This document shows, in pieces, positions 61,285-64,000 of a DNA stretch of 64,000 nt. The notes below the pieces were generated by a model. It was not told where the DNA came from, made no database searches, and saw only the letters and a program-made list of their open reading frames with translations. The first letter of the stretch is position 1. Each line of letters opens with the position of its first letter. A program made the position numbers and the translations under genes. Location of the stretch: the NCBI GenBank assembly GCA_950097015.1, contig CATNEN010000034.1:2480001-2544000 (forward strand), given 5' to 3'. This DNA comes from Macrostomum hystrix (Eukaryota; Animalia; Platyhelminthes).

Positions 61285-63958
61285 ATGTCTGCGGCAACTA
61301 TGCCCACAGCAATTGCTGCGACAGGAGCAGTTCTGGTCGCTTGCTTCGTCTGCGCATTAGTGGACTCTACGGGAGCCACTTATCTGGGCGCAGGTAAGTA
61401 GACAGATACCACACTCGAGCATATACTAAAATTCTGATATCTTTGTACTTCCTCTCGAAAATCTAACAGCTGAGACCAGTCTGCTGGGCACCAGTCTGCG
61501 GCAGATCCAGGACCGCTCGCCGTTCAAATACGTCCGCGATGTCATTCTAGCCGCGGAGGGCGAGACAAAGGCCATCAGCTGTTCGTTTGACAACTTGTAC
61601 ACAACTGGCAAGCACTGGAAGCGGACCTTCTATACACCTGTGAGCACCTGAGATTCTGAACTTTTATTCATTGCGGATCTGACAGTACAGAGTGAGGCTC
61701 AGTGCGGATCTGACAGTACAGAGTGAGGCTCAGTGTGGATCTGACAGTACAGAGTGAGGCTCATTGCGGATCTGACAGTACAGAGTGAGGCTCAGTGCGA
61801 TCTGACAGTACAGAGTGAGGCTCAGTGCGGATCTGACAGTACAGAGTGAGGCTCATTGCGGATCTGACAGTACAGAGTGAGGCTCAGTGCCGATCTGACA
61901 GTACAGAGTGAGGCTCAGTGCGGATCTGACAGTACAGAGTGAGGCTCAGTGCGGATCTGACAGTACAGAGTGAGGCTCAGTGCGGATCTGACAGTACAGA
62001 GTGAGGCTCAGTGCCGATCTGACAGTACAGAGTGAGGCTCAGTGCGGATCTGACAGTACAGAGTGAGGCTCATTGCGGATCTGACAGTACAGAGTGAGGC
62101 TCAGTGTGGATCTGCCAGTACAGAGTGAGGCTCATTGCGGATCTGACAGTACAGATTGAGGCTCAGTGTGGATCTGCCAGTACAGAGTGAGGCTCAGTGT
62201 GGATCTGACAGTACAGAGTGAGGCTCAGTGCGGATCTGCCAGTACAGAGTGAGGCTCAGTGCGGATCTGACAGTACAGAGTGAGGCTCAGTGTGGATCTG
62301 CCAGTACAGAGTGAGGCTCAGTGCGGATCTGCCAGTACAGAGTGAGGCTCAGTGCGGATCTGACAGTACAGAGTGAGGCTCAGTGCGGATCTGACAGTAC
62401 AGAGTGAGGCTCAGTGCGGATCTGCCAGTACAGAGTGAGGCTCAGTGCGGATCTGCCAGTACAGAGTGAGGCTCAGTGCGGATCTGACAGTACAGAGTGA
62501 GGCTCAGTGCGGATCTGCCAGTACAGAGTGAGGCTCAGTGCGGATCTGACAAGACTAACTCAAACGCCTTGCAGGTGATGTGGTTTGCGTATTCACCCGA
62601 GACATCCGGTCAGCCAGCCAAGGAGGAGGCCATTGTAGACGGCACTGTGCTGAAGTTAGATAGCGGTCGCCTGTTCGCCTACAAGCTGCTGAATCCAATG
62701 TCCGCTGCCCCGAGCAGCATACTCGTGCTGGAGAATGTGCCAGCCCAGTTGAGCGACACCTACTTCATATGCCGGACAAGCCTGCACCTGGCCAGCGTGC
62801 AAGCTTTCTACCTGCGAGTTGTCAGTGAGTTCAGTGATTGAGGCGATGGGACAATGAGACTGGTAAGAGGGGTGATGGATTGCTGATGGAGATGATGGAT
62901 TGCTGATGGAGATGATGGATTGCTGATGGAGATGATGGATTGCTGATGGAGATGATGGATTGCTGATGGAGATGATGGATTGCTGATGGAGATGATGGAT
63001 TGCTGATGGAGATGATGGATTGCTGATGGAGATGATGGATTGCTAAGGGAGATGATGGATTGCTGATGGAGATGATGGATTGCTAAGGGAGATGATGGAT
63101 TGCTGATGGAGATGATGGATTGCTGAGGAAGATGATGGATTTCTGATGGAGATGATGGATTGCTGAGGAAGATGATGGATTGCTGATGGAGATGATGGAT
63201 TGCTGAGGGAGATGATGGATTGCTGAGGAAGATGATGGATTGCTGATGGAGATGATGGATTGCTGAGGGAGATGATGAATTGCTGAGGGAGATGATGGAT
63301 TGCTGAGGGAGATGATGGATTGCTGATGGAGATGATGGATTGCTGAGGGAGATTCTAGAAAGAAGGGAAGAGAGATGAAGGGAAGGGACACAGTGACAAC
63401 TCCCAATTCCTTTACGATGCCGCAGAGCCGGTACTGTTCAGCCCTGGCGCGCCCAGCAGCAGCGGCGGCCGGGTGCCGGCGCAGCTCGGCGGTCGAGTGT
63501 CTCTGGACTGCCGCACTGGGACCAACTTCCCGCCCGCCTCAGTGCACTGGAGCCGCCGCCTGGAGTACGAGGGGCCTTCAGCTCGACCGCCTGTGCTGGG
63601 CTGGGTGCGTGGCACTGGCTTCCTTGTGGCTGGGGGGGTCAGGAAGGCCCTCTGAAGGGTGATCAGCAGGCTAGTGCTGGTACCTACTAACAGTAGAAAG
63701 ACCGCGCCCCCCCCGAGGAATGATCACAGGGGCTAGTTTACAATAAAGGTATTGTTCTTGAAAAGAATAAGTACTTAGCGGCTCTCAAATTCATAGATAA
63801 TTTATTACCAATCATACCTGGTCGCCAGGGTCCAGTCTACGAGTTGACCAACGTCTCCATGGAAACGGCGCGATTCATTTTCACCTGTCACGTCAACAAC
63901 CAGCTGGACGCAGAATGGACCGCAAACTTCCGCGTAGACCTCATCAACGCCACCAAGT
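61285..63958 (+). CDS. Immunoglobulin-superfamily secreted or cell-surface protein; continues beyond the right edge
   Basis: Exons 61285-61393 (signal peptide), 61470-61639, 62575-62824, 63426-63604, 63829-63958. Ig1: ISCSF...PVMWF...LVLENV...YFICRT; Ig2: VSLDC...PASVHW...YELTNV...FTCHVNN. The junction of the last two exons is uncertain. Confidence 0.78.
61672..62551. repeat. Intronic minisatellite, 31-bp unit (CGGATCTGACAGTACAGAGTGAGGCTCAGTG), about 28 copies
   Basis: Period 31 (61681, 61712, ...); no spacers. Confidence 0.95.
62868..63352. repeat. Intronic minisatellite, 20-bp unit (GATGATGGATTGCTGATGGA), about 24 copies
   Basis: Direct periodicity. Confidence 0.95.
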
Positions 63959-64000
63959 GTAAGATTTTATGATTGCTATTGTGTTGCAATAAAGTCCTGG

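Noticed and set aside
61672-62551. CRISPR-like array of 31-bp repeats
   Set aside because: Units are contiguous with no unique spacers, there are no cas genes, and it lies in a spliceosomal intron.

Overview
Eukaryotic (animal) genomic DNA with GT-AG spliceosomal introns and GC-rich coding exons; most of the larger introns are dominated by their own minisatellite. This style suggests a free-living flatworm such as Macrostomum, but that is inference only. Genes reconstructed by hand from splice sites and reading phase: a Na+-coupled SLC4 bicarbonate transporter (minus, runs off the left edge), a LIV-1/ZIP6-10-like zinc importer with almost no ectodomain, an intronless selenoprotein M (in-frame UGA plus a type II SECIS; the ORF track misses its N-terminus), ARF6, a p24-alpha (TMED4/9) cargo receptor, an orphan 4-TM gene, an orphan 208-aa gene, TTLL11, an intronless GPI-type LRR protein, and an Ig-superfamily gene (runs off the right edge). 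The most distinctive locus is 47.3-59.0 kb: four tandem, intronless paralogues encoding secreted PAN/apple + LamG(ConA)-like proteins, two intact and two frameshifted, with one copy of a tRNA-derived SINE in each intergenic interval. Other elements: three SINE-like families (two copies with 13-bp TSDs, and a conserved hairpin with a hammerhead-core-like loop), a 702-bp hAT-type MITE inserted in a 20-bp satellite, and a tandem array of metal-response-element-like motifs upstream of the zinc transporter. No CRISPR array, rRNA or intact tRNA gene is supported.
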